A stretch of 64,000 nucleotides of DNA, from NCBI RefSeq assembly GCF_000181795.1, contig NW_003526944.1, forward strand, positions 739,383 to 803,382, read 5' to 3'. Every line of letters begins with the position of its first letter. Within the stretch, counting starts at the first letter, position 1. A program made the position numbers and the translations under genes. The stretch comes from Trichinella spiralis. Lineage: Eukaryota. Shown here piece by piece: positions 13,331 to 25,500 of this stretch. A model generated the notes under the pieces. The model was not told where the DNA came from and ran no database searches. It saw nothing but the letters and a program-made list of their open reading frames with translations.

Positions 13331-14819
13331 AGATTTTTTGGAGATGAGAGATAATTGTTTGGAGAGTTTCAACATAAACTGCCCTATAATTGATGAATAA
13401 ATGCGTTTTGATCTTGGTACATGAAGTGCTCATAAATTTGCAGTCATTTCTCAATCGATTCTCATCGTTTCAATTCAATGCATGTCTTTTTTCGATAAAA
13501 AGGGATTTATAAACCATTATGCAGTCTTATGCAATGCTTTACATTTTTGGGGATCGTATTTATCATTATTTTCAGTCTATTTTTATTATTGTGTTTAAAG
13601 TGGTTGCAGAATAAAGTGAAATATAAATTAATTGTTCAATACACGAAGTGTCGATAAATGTATCTATTTATAAATCTCAGTTCAAACCAGTTCTCCACGA
13701 TGTTTCTCTTTAATATTTATTAATACATAATTGTAGTAAGGGATGCTTTATTTAACTTCGCTTAGTTAAAATAACTGTTACAGAATAGTTTGCGATGCAT
13801 CATCTTTAGTATTGAATTAGCTTCTCAATTATACCAGGCCTCTACTTATTTAAGTTGATTTCATTTCGTTGTCTAACACTGCTTTCATGCTGCATATCAA
13901 AGATTTTAATTGTTTTAATTCCTGAAAACAGTTTATTGTAAATGGAATAAAAATAAATACATGAACAGTACATGATAAACTCATGTGCTTGTGCGTTTTA
14001 TTTATAGCCATATTTTCAGATGAAAAATTATAAGTTTCATGCTTCCATAAGATGCAACGGATTATTAAATAAGTTCTTCATAACTGAAAAGTGTTTCATG
14101 CAAAGTAAATGTACAGAAATTCCTTATCATATGCCCTAGATGTTTTTAGGAGAAATTTTCAAAAACTCCTTCTTAGCATATATGACATTTTGTGAAGAAA
14201 CAAAACCATAATTGCAATATGTTTTACATGAAAACTCATCTCTTTCAATGACTTGTGCTTTTCCTCCATCGCTAAACAATGAATGAGATTACACGAATAA
14301 AATATTTTAAATGTAGGTGTGCTGTAGAGTGTTAGGAGTAATCAAGAACAATTCTTCATTGAATTTGCTTTTTTATCTTCTGATGAAATCTTAATTTTCT
14401 TTATAAAACTTATCGGAATGATGAATTTATGCACTACTATGTTTGAAACTATTCATAAATTTTTCTTCCGGCAGTAGTGTTCGTCCACTGATATCCGCTT
14501 CATTAATTCTTCTGAATGATATCCCTTTTTTATGACTTTGCCATCTGTTTGCAAGTTTTCCTATGCTTTTTATTGTTTTACTGTTTCCGATGTCCTCAGT
14601 TTCCCCTGTTCTTCAGTGTCAGATCAGTTTTCAAAATTCCTTATTATGTGATTACTCAATTTATATATAGCAATCTTTGTTGTCTAGACGTTGTCAGCTA
14701 TGAAGTATTGGATATTGAAGATTTACTGCAAAGTTTAGATAGTTGGCCAATGGGTGTTTGTTCAACTGTTGGCATAGAATCTAGTGCTACTTATATATGG
14801 AATAGCTAATTTAACGCAG

Positions 14820-17600
14820 AAAGGCACTGAATTTAACGCATTTCCAGGTGAACAGAGTATGTTTATGTTAATTTGATGATGAACCCTGCCTACGGCATTA
14901 TGCTTGACGCATTTGGTGCCATTCAAATCCGGAAGCAATTGGCTATATAAAGCTGTGTTTATTTTTCAGTGGTTATTATATAATTATTGGCGGACCAGTG
15001 ACGTTTTCATTATTGAGCTGCGTAAGTAGCTGACTTGCTGTGCTTCCCCTCAGCTAATGCGTTCTAAATGTTGGCAGAAAAGGCCATCAGACCGCATGCA
15101 TCGTTTGGAAAACTTTCATATCTCTGAATTTGATTCATACTTCATCACCAACATGACAGCTTTTAGGTAGGATGTTTTAAATATTTTCTGGTTTTTTGTT
15201 GCTTTTACTTTTTTTCATGCACTTCTCCGCCTTTGCTCTGCGTCAACCATGGTAAATTTCGGCAAATATAATAGAAGTTTAATTGCATCCGTTCTCAGTT
15301 AACTAAATCATCTATTTAAATAACGTCCAAAAAACGGACCTCCTTTTATTAATTACCTAGTTGATGAAATATTTCGTTTATTCTCCATTGAATTTGTTAA
15401 AATCTTTAATGAGAAATCTGAACAGGATAGCTGATGTGATCAAGAGAGCAATCTTACCTTTTTTGAGTCAAATGGTCTGAACGGCCATCTCTAAAGTCCC
15501 CTCTAAATCCGTGGAAAATGAGACCTAAAAATTCTTTTGATGCTAATGCATCATTAAGAATGCGGCTGCATATGACTTGAATGACGGAAAGTGATTCACT
15601 TTCTCACAACCTTTACATACTCCATATCACAAATTTTTATTCCTGCCTTTTCCCTTTCCCCACCCACCCCCCGCCCTGACCCACCAAATGTGCTGTGTCC
15701 ATCACTGCCCTCTGAATAGTTCCAAGAATAATTGACATCCCGCTCATGTGTGGAAACTTTTCCATATCATCAGTTGTATTTAGAGGAGTCTGCTATGTTG
15801 GCTAGGCTAAATTTTGCAAATCTTTCTGTTGTCAACTGAGTGTATGTTTGCTTTCATACATTATTGTAATTTATTAATGTTTTCAAAATAATTTTTGTAA
15901 TTATTTTCTAGTGAGGTATTCTTGAGAATTCATTAAATAGAACTTCTTTTTCCTTGTTTAAATAGTAAAGTACATAAAAGCATTGCTATATGTATTGATC
16001 TGAAAAAATTTACATAAAGGTGTTGTAAAGTAAACTTTATTGGTGATGAAATGCAAATGTTATGCTTAGAAAAGTGTTTACATAACAACGGAATGAAATT
16101 TCGTTTGGTAATGATTAATATATTCCGTTTTATAAATGTTTCTGAAAATCGATTTTCTCTTATTTTAGAAAATTCAGTTTGCATTCTAATGAAATTTTGC
16201 ATAATATAAGATGTGTAAATAAAAACGTAATGACCTTCGTCATTTCCATTATTTACTTATTACTGCACACCATTTAGGAATAGTACATTCTTCAATATAA
16301 TGCCATGTCAGCAGTCGGCACGTGGTCAACTATAATTCCGCTCTTCATAATCGTGTATAAATAATGTATAAGCGGTAAGTTACATTTTACATTGTATTGC
16401 CTGAATTGTTTGTATGTAATTTGCATGACATTACAAATGTGGTGAATGGAAACTAACGTGTTACATTTTTACATTAGTTTTCCTATTTTTAACGTTTAAA
16501 TACTCCATCTAGGTGCTGCTATTAAATAAGTAAGACTTTCTGTTTTTAGTAAATGATCATTCCAATTGCAGACTTTCAGACTTTGGAACGGATTCACATT
16601 AATCAACATGAACCAGCAGGATTATTAAAAATGAAGAAGACAGCTGTTTGAAGATTCTAGAGAATTGAAAGTGAACAGCATTTGAAAGTACAGAGTAAAC
16701 TGATTTCAATATTGCTTGTGATTATATTAATATTATTTTAGCATTTGCATTTGCAGCACGTCGACTTAATCCTAACACAAGTATTAACATTAAGACATCA
16801 TGCAAGAAGATGGTTCGATACGTTAAATTTTAATAAGTTTGAAATTTGGATTCTATTTTGGAAAGATGGATTCTCAGATGTACAGCCATATGTAATAGAG
16901 TACTTGGAAAGAGTAAACTTGATAGTTATTTCATTTTCTATGATACGGTTGATTTCTATGATTTTTCAGATATCTTCAAATTTCATCTTTAATAACCTGA
17001 CTTGTCATTTCTCTTCATCTGTACACGACAAGTAAGTAATGCTGTCATCTAACTTTTATTACGTACTATGTAAAAGAATTCACATGGCTTTTCATAGTTT
17101 TTATTGCATCACGTTAACGGATTTTTATATAATTTCAGTAAAATAATTTGCATACTTATGAAATTTCTAGCAATGTGAAGTGTGTAAATAAATTAATAAC
17201 TCGTCATTTCATGTAATTCTACTGTTCATTACGCAATAAATGATAGAAAATTAGGTTATTCCACCTGATGCGTTGCGACTTGCTTATTTGCATAATTTAC
17301 TTTAGTTCCCTCCTATTTCAGATTGCGTTCACATTTGGTTATTCAATTTATTGCCACGTCAGCAGTGATGGACAATGTCATCTGTAATGTCCCTGTGCAA
17401 TATATCCATGAATAAGCGGTAAGTTTGAGATAGCGTGCCTGTTGTATGCATGTCATTTGCATGACTTCACGATTATGGTTTATGGAAAGTAATGGGTATC
17501 TTCATTAATGTTGCTACTGATAACTTGCAGATACTTATCAGATGCTGAAGCTAAGAAAGTATAAATTTCTGCTTTTTATTTTTAGATAAGTATATTAATA
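14820..17600 (+). repeat. Left arm of a large diverged inverted duplication (partner ~22400-25500); contains an internal ~400-bp direct duplication (~16150-16500 and ~17100-17500)
   Basis: acgtggtcaactataattccgctctt (~16320) is the reverse complement of ~22643-22668 and resembles ~23690-23715. gttaacggattttt (~17113) pairs with aaaatccgttaac (~22927). The block order is mirrored in the right arm. Confidence 0.8.
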
Positions 17601-17799
17601 TTACTTTCAGTTTTCTATTCATTTGGAAATGTACGGTACAAATGCGTGTTTTGGAATATCGTTGAATTGCCTACCAATGCAACGTCGTGGTAGTTGAAGT
17701 TGCCGTAAAGTTGTTACTCAGCCGTTGTTTCATTCGTTTTTTATTTTCGCTTTTTACTTTTTATGTGTCTTTTTTAGGGAATGTTTTGTTTCTGCATGA

Positions 17800-19110
17800 T
17801 TTAACATGAATTAGTGTTGAAAATGCTATTCATACGTCGGTCGTTGAGTTTATTGGTGCTACCAGTGTGACAGCTGAAACTGGGATCAAAGCGTGCCCAG
17901 CAGTTCAGGCGTACTTCCACAAAGATTGCCAAGTAATGGCCCCTGTACTGATTTTGCTCATAATTGACATAGATGATGTCATCTCCAAATGTGTATTTAT
18001 TTTTAATGTATTTTTGAGAATAACAAATGACAACCATCAAATAACGTGTGGCTAACAAGTAAGCAAAACAGAACTGGAATCGTAGTACTGCATTCTTTCA
18101 TCCTTTTGAAGAAGGAGAAATGTGAACCAGAAACGTCGCACATTTCTTTCAATGCTACGTTGCCGGAGAGTCCAAAAGGGTTCCACTTGTAATGATGCGT
18201 AGTTGCTAAATGGTTGTTCCCACTTCAGTTCAATCGAATCTGGCGAGCTGAACCAGGCGGTCATCAATTCCATCACCGCAAAGGGACGCTCCATGCGTCG
18301 GGCGTCGTCTACCGGTCTCATGGTCAGTCAATCGGATTTGCGCTTATCGCCTTGTAGCGGATTGGAAAGATGCCAGTGTAGCGGAAGCTGAAACGTACGG
18401 GCCGACCCTTTTGTTGGTGCACTCTGGCAGATCAGGATGCAGTTGAGGAAGTAGTACGACTGGAAAACGCTGGAGTCCACGGACATTTTTAATGCGACGG
18501 TATTAATAGTCCAACTACACCGCGTGGATTTGGAATTGTAGCTGAGGGCTTCTGAGTTCAAGACCGCACCAAGTGTCGTATCAGCTGTCTACAGCGAGCA
18601 GGCAGTGAATGGATCACGACGATGGTCACGTTAAGCCATGGACGGATGCTTTGCGCACGATAGACACGACAGATAGTAGGTAATTTCGATGAAATGGGAA
18701 GGCAGCGTAGACGACCACCGGCAAAGATGCGAGTTTTTAATGCCATTGCCGGCACCAGAAGATCCCGCCGGCTGAGTGCAAGTAGAAAAGCTATCGGAAT
18801 TGCAGCTGCAACTTTGCCTCGATCAGCCAGCTACATCCATTATCCCACAACGGCCAGCTGAGGTAAATGATCGCCATAGTTTCCAGGTAAGTCTGACAGC
18901 TACAAGCGATTCAGTCGAAACGGCGCAGGGGAAAGACAGTGGTAATGGTAAGTACTTTTACAAACTGTATTTAGTTTTAGGATGATGAACATAGACGTCC
19001 CTGGATCGACAACCATCCCACAACGTTGAACCGTTTAGTGGCCAACGTTTAGCCAACGTGGCTGTAGTTGTCAGACGTCTGACAGCTACAAGCACCTAAA
19101 AAGGTAAGTA
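17800..19110 (+). other. GC-richer island, possibly a decayed gene or transposon remnant
   Basis: Composition shifts relative to the flanks, all frames are interrupted, and there is a duplicated exon-like piece ending in ggtaagtac. No domain was recognised. Confidence 0.3.
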
Positions 19111-19344
19111 CATCTATGCGATGTAGATGTCTATCATCGCACGGATTTGCCGCAGTTGAATAAAGGTAGGTAGATTTCTGGGATGCGTTAATCTAATGAT
19201 GATTATGCAAATTCATGTTTAGGGAGACTACTTTGAACCAGAGTAAAGGAGTTGCATAAAAGCACTTATCAAAAATGCTGCAGATGCAGCTTGAGCATTT
19301 AAAGATTTGCATATTCCAGGAGGCTACGCCATGCAGCACCATAT

Positions 19345-19585
19345 TTGCCCTCAGGGGAGATTTATGCAAATTTTTAATCCCCTGGGGGTAATATGCAAAT
19401 TTTTTTATGCCCTGAGGCTACGCCTCAGGCTATGCCTCAGGCAATTTTTCGAAAATTTCGAAATTTTAAAAATATAGCCCGAGGCTTTGCCCTCAGGCTA
19501 CGCCCCAGGGAAATTAAAAATTTGCATATTACCCCCAGGTGTTAAAAAATTTGCATAATCTGAAATTATATATACCCCTGGGTGG
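19345..19585. mobile_element. Palindromic MITE/foldback-like element
   Basis: 19358-19417 (agatttatgcaaatttttaatcccctgggggtaatatgcaaatttttttatgccctgaggc) is a near-perfect inverted repeat of 19502-19561, with internal cctgagg/cctcagg subrepeats. No target-site duplication was identified. Confidence 0.6.
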
Positions 19586-20051
19586 AAGTATTTCGCCTCT
19601 GCCTATGCGTTGTCAAGACTTAGGCAATGCATATTTGCATATGACATTTCATTGTTCACGTTGTTTAATGCTGCCCATTAAAGCTCAATCAAATTCAGTT
19701 TGGTTTCGATTTCGATGGAGTTTATGCATGGTGATCTGCATATAATGCAACCAGAAGGCATAGACTCACTCAGGGTTCACAACCAAACAACTTACCTGGT
19801 CCCATCTGCAAAAAGAACTTTGAACCTTTGAACTACTGAGGATTGAACTTCACTACAAAACGATTGGAACAGCTGGCGGCGATCCACAACACCAGAAATG
19901 CAAACTTATGATTCAACCATGCCAATAAATGCTGAAAAAAAAGTTCAAATAAAACTGGAAAAAATTAAATTATACAAAAAATGAAAGCTCAATATCAATC
20001 AAAAATGACGAGCCAAGACTTACGGACAAGAATGACAATGACTTACAAGAA

Positions 20052-20154
20052 TGTTACGACTTACTTCTTCTAAATGATTTGGTTTGGGAAATTTCCCGGC
20101 GCGAAGCCGAATACATATCCGACTACTGGCGCCAGTCAAAACACCTCACTACAT

Positions 20155-20200
<46 letters not shown>

Positions 20201-20267
20201 GGTAATCAACGCGAGCTAATGACTCACGCTTACTGGGAATTCCTCGTTCAAGGGAAACAATTGCAAT
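20052..20267 (-). pseudogene. Isolated fragment of the 3' region of 18S rRNA (h43-h44/V9), non-functional
   Basis: The + strand carries the universal antisense motifs gacgggcggtgtgtacaaagggcaggga, tactgggaattcctcgttca and tgttacgactt. It deviates at conserved positions (ggaggtaatc vs ggacgtaatc; gacttacttcttc vs gacttttacttcctc) and has no flanking rDNA. Confidence 0.9.
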
Positions 20268-22399
20268 GGAATTGAGTTCTTGAATGAAAAAGCATAGCTC
20301 TGAAAAGAATCTTAGCACAACATTATCCATAAAATAATTTGTGAAACAGCCATATTATAAAAAGTAATTGAAGACAAATAACAGTGCATCTCATTGCCTC
20401 ATATAGTATAGAAATTTGCAACTTACTTAATTCGATGGTTGGCATTTAATGTTGTCTCAAAAAATACTTTTCGTTTTCAACGTACATCAGCATTGTGAGC
20501 TGCGTGGAACGCCTTCATAGCCACTTCAACCAACATGGGAGCCATCAGTACAAATTTCACGCGTCTTCGATAGTTTTAACGTAATCCATTGCTAGCAAGA
20601 ACTCAATACATACAGGTTTTTTTTCACACCACTCTTGGAACGCATTCACAACAAATCATTCTATCACTGTGGCAAGATATATTCAGAAACCAAAATTAAT
20701 TGTGTTAACATAATCTGTTGTGATGAACAATAAGTATAGCACATACCGTTTGTGAGAACGCAATGATGCTAATTCGAACTGCGACAGTGGCAGGATACCG
20801 ACTCTAATCCATTGCTTTCAAAAATAATATGACCAACTTCCATTATCACGGAGTAGCATCACCAAGGACTTCATAATATGCTTCAATGACAACAAATATA
20901 AATTACTTACAATTCATAATCAGTAAAACTACACTGAGAAGACGGCGAACCGAACTAACGCGGTTCATCATCAGGTGAGACTTTGTACTTCTTTGATATG
21001 ATTATTATGAGGAATTATTATGAATAAAACATGCACTTACTGAATCAACACTGTGATGCCACATTTGGAATGTACTCATCGACAACTCAACGGCCAGAGT
21101 AGTAGTAACAACTGATAAAACTAATCAGTTGTCCAAATCCAAGTGACAATACCGAGACGTCGAAAGCTAAGAAAGTTCACAACAGCAACAATGACAAAGA
21201 GACGGCGACTGAAAACAGCGTGAAAGTTGCCGATCGGAAGCGTGTCACATACGCAGACATGGCGAAGCTGGGCGTGGCAGAGAGGGCGGCAGGCTCGTCT
21301 AGCGACGCGACAACAGTCGTAAACGATGCGGCTCAGTTAACGACGCTGCCGACAACGCCAGCGCGGTTCCAGGCGAGGACAAACCGCGCCCTGCTGGCTC
21401 TCGTCCCACCAGCACCGCCAGCTCTCGTGTGTCGTCTCAGGACGTATTGAAATCTTCCTGAATGCCACACCGAACAACAGTATCCCATGCGTGTAGTATT
21501 AATATAGATATATACAGTTTGTTTCTTTTCTATGTTTTTGTTTTGTTTTGATCGCTGAGCTGCTCGCGTCCATTTTTTTATGATCTACTATAGTAAGTTC
21601 CATCTGTGAGATACTGTTGGAAAGGATGCATTGGATGACTTTTAACGTTTCTTCTTCATCTGCTTGCCCACAACAGTTCTTTATTGCTGGCAGCTTTCAA
21701 CTCTACTTTTTTCTTTTCTCATTTTCTTTGTTTTGTTATATTTCAACTTTGTACATTTCTCAGTTTGTTGGTTGTTTTGCATTCACAACAACAGCAACAC
21801 AACAACAACAAGCTCAGGGATTGGAACAGATTCAGGAGGAAGACGACAAAGGAAAAAAGGCATCCATTCTTTTTTGCCATTGCTATTAAGAAAAGATTCA
21901 TTAAATTACTAATTTTTGTCATATCCTGTCTTCAACACATTTATACTAACTCGAACGAACATAGTAGCAGGAGTTAGGTATAAGGTAACCAAAACTGCTT
22001 GATTGCTCTGACGTATCTTAGGAAAAAACGAAAACCACAAACATACTTACTGTTGACGCACTACACAGGCGAAGAGGACGGTATGGATTAGAACTCGACA
22101 AGAAGATTAACTAAAAATGTTAAATAAGTAAACAAATAAAATATTAAACTAGAAAATGAATAGAATTTGAAAATGATTGATGCACTGTTATTCGTCTTCA
22201 ATTACTTTTTATAATATGGCTGTTTCTTATAAGCTTCTATACAAATCGTATTTTCAGTTCATAGAAATTGTAATGGAGTCATAAACACAACAGTAACAAT
22301 ACTGCATTACTTACTTGTTGGGCACATATAATGAAAAGTGACAGTCAAATAATGAAATGTTTACACATTTACAACCTTTTTATGTTGCGGCTCCATATT

Positions 22400-25300
22400 G
22401 ATTGATGCAAATGGGAAATGTTCTAAATACTAAAACTGAATTAATGATATCTGAATATAATAAAAACTTACATTCAGTATTTGGTTTGAGTATCTGAAAA
22501 TTAGCAATAAAAATACAAATGGAGATACCCCTATTAGTTTGCGTTCACCTTATTTGTAAAGTCATGCAAAAAAACATGCATAAAGTACCCGCACCACAAT
22601 ACCGAATGTGACTTACTGCTTGCTTCTTCATAGAGGGTATAAAAGAGCGGAATTATAGTTGACCACGTAACGCCTGTTGACATTGCACTGAACGGAGCAA
22701 CTAAATACGAACGAAGTACTCTGCGATGGTGTGCAGTAAGTAAATTATGCAAATAATATAGACTACTATGCCCCAAGCAGAGCAACCTAATTCTCCTTCA
22801 GCTATAGCGCAGTAATATAATTATCAAGAACATGCTGAATACGTAATGTTATAACGCTTTTATTTACACACCTTATATTATGTGAAATTTCATTCGTATG
22901 CAAATTTATTTCACTAACATTACATGAAAATCCGTTAACTTGTAGCAGTGAGAATTAACAAAACATTACGGAAAAGACTATTCTTATTTTGAATTCATAC
23001 GAATAGTACGTAAAGTTATCGAAATAGTAGTGACATTATAGCATTGCTTACCTTTTTCCGTCAGTGAAGGAAAGGGAGCAGTCAGTCAGCAGTTGGGTAG
23101 GGCAGCTTATATTAGCTCTAAAAAATTATATTTCAAAAACAATGTTCGAATATAAAACATTGGGATTATGAGCAACCGATCTATGATAATACTTACATGA
23201 CAACTTAATATCGACGCTACAGTTGGGATCAAAGTGATACAGTGCAAATGCTGCCGCTAACCGACAATCTTATTATTATTAAAGAATATTTTAAAATTAA
23301 TAAACTGAAACTTCTGTGCATTTGAAATTGCTGTTCAATTTCATATTTTCAGAACCAAAAATTAAGCATTACTTCAAAAAAACTCTATCAGAATCTTTAT
23401 GCTGCATAGCTGTCTCCTTGAATTACTTTCCGCAATCCCGTTGCTTCATATCGCTCGATGGAAATATAGAAATCTTTAAATTCTAAAACTGAATTGTATT
23501 ATTGTAAATATTTCAAAATAAGCAGCTCAAATACGTACATGTTCCCATTCAGCATTTAGTAAGAATAACTGAAAGAAGAGTAATTTTAATGGGGATGGAC
23601 ATTTGCAATGTCATGTAACGGGCAAGCATGCAATTCCCTCATCACAATATCAAATGCAACTATAACTACTCATTCAAAGATAGCATTGAAGAGCGGAATT
23701 TTACTTGACAACGTGCTTTCATGGCAATAAACTGAGTAACTAAATATGAAGGCCCTGCTCTGAAGCAGAGGGCAATAAGTAAATAATGCAAATCAACATT
23801 CCACTACCTCAGGTGAAACAACCTAATTTTTCGTCCGTAATAGCGTAGCGTTACGTTCAGCAAACAACTATATTAAATGACGACTGCTATTACGTTTTTA
23901 TTTACACATCTCACATTATATGAAATGGCATCATTATGCAAATTTATTTCACTAAAATTAGACGAAAATCCGTTAAGCAGAAGCATCGGAAATTACAAAT
24001 AATAATTTCAAATACAATTGCGCTAACCGAGCTTATCTACTTGAAAGTATGATGGGATGCTATCAATTACACAGTATAAAAAATACTTTTGCTATAAAAG
24101 AGAATCGAAGTATAATAAATTGCTTTTAGTAGAAGAAAAATAAAAATACGTGATAAATTTTGAGATTTATAATTACTTTAGGTAGAAGTAGAAAAGTTTC
24201 ATGGTAAACATTACAATAAAAACAGTGTAGTGCTAATTGTGAAATGTAGATAAAATGAAGAAAAAACATCCGTGGTTCAGTTTCAAACCCGCAATGAATA
24301 GTTAGTGTTACAGTTCATACCATTTTTAATTACATTTAGTAAAAAGTAATACACAATCAGGTGTGAATAAAAAAATAAATGATTCAAACTTCACCATTTT
24401 GAAAACAATTAAGCAAAAGAACTCCCTCAGCAAAATAACTTAATTTTTTACTAAAGATGGAAAAGATATCTGCTACTAAAAATTTTAATATAAAATTCTG
24501 CTATTTGGTGATGTTGGTCTTTTCTATGTGAAAGAATCACCGGTCCACAATAGTTGAGAAGGATGTTATGATTTATCCACAGCACAATGGCTGAACGTTC
24601 TCCGTTCAGGTAAAAATGGCTTTGGGTGGGGGGGAGGAAGGAGGCAGAAGAGACAGATGAGGGCGATCCCTCTTCCTCTTGGAGCCCTTAACAGGTCAAT
24701 GATGGATGTCGTCTGTCAGGAGGAACAGATAGGGGAAATAAGGGAAAACGGTAGGAGGGAGAATTAGCATGATAGAATAGGTAAATGCTGTTAGAAAGGA
24801 TATCGCCTTCCTTCACCCAACCAAGGCGCATAATAATCAGGCTCTGTCTTCAATTTATCAGTATTCACATCTGTAAAGGTGTAGGTATTTTCGAATGATG
24901 GGAAAAAAGTACACTTTTAAGTATTAGCGTTTTTCACAAAGTGATATCATAGGAGCTGTCGCATCAAACTGCTGCATCATTTAAACTTCATTATATCTTA
25001 TTATTTCATATAAAAAAGTTAAAATTTAAGCAATAACATCAACTGAGAAAAAAAAGGACAACAAGTGTTTGAAAGAAAGAAAAGTAAGTTAAAGCCAGCA
25101 AAGATGTAAACCTTCATACCTGAGAAATGGCATGCTGGTGATGAGGAATGAAACAAACGTAGAGCCCTGAAATTATCCATCCGCTGGTCATTGATTTGAT
25201 CGTATCTTCAGCCAAATATGCACAACCATATTCGTTGAAGTGAAACACCAGAAATGAGCAAATTGCCCTGCTTAGCAGTTAGACGGTTATTCTTGAGCGA

Positions 25301-25500
25301 ATAATTATATAATAATCGCCCAAGAATAAACAGAGCTTTAAATAGGAAATCGCTTCCGGATCTGAATGGCACAAAGTGCTTTCAGTAGAATGCCGTTGGC
25401 AGTGTTCATCATCAAATTATCATAAAGTTACTTTGTTGACCTGGAAATGCACATTTGTTTGTTTGGCGTGATTTAGGGGACTTTGTTAGCATGGTGCTCG
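22400..25500 (-). repeat. Right arm of the large inverted duplication (partner ~14820-17600)
   Basis: Reverse-complement matches to the left-arm blocks in mirrored order, including the internal duplication (~22500-22960 and ~23600-23990). Confidence 0.8.

Noticed and set aside
20052..20267. Functional rDNA unit
   Set aside because: Only ~215 bp, with substitutions at conserved sites and no ITS, 5.8S or upstream 18S.
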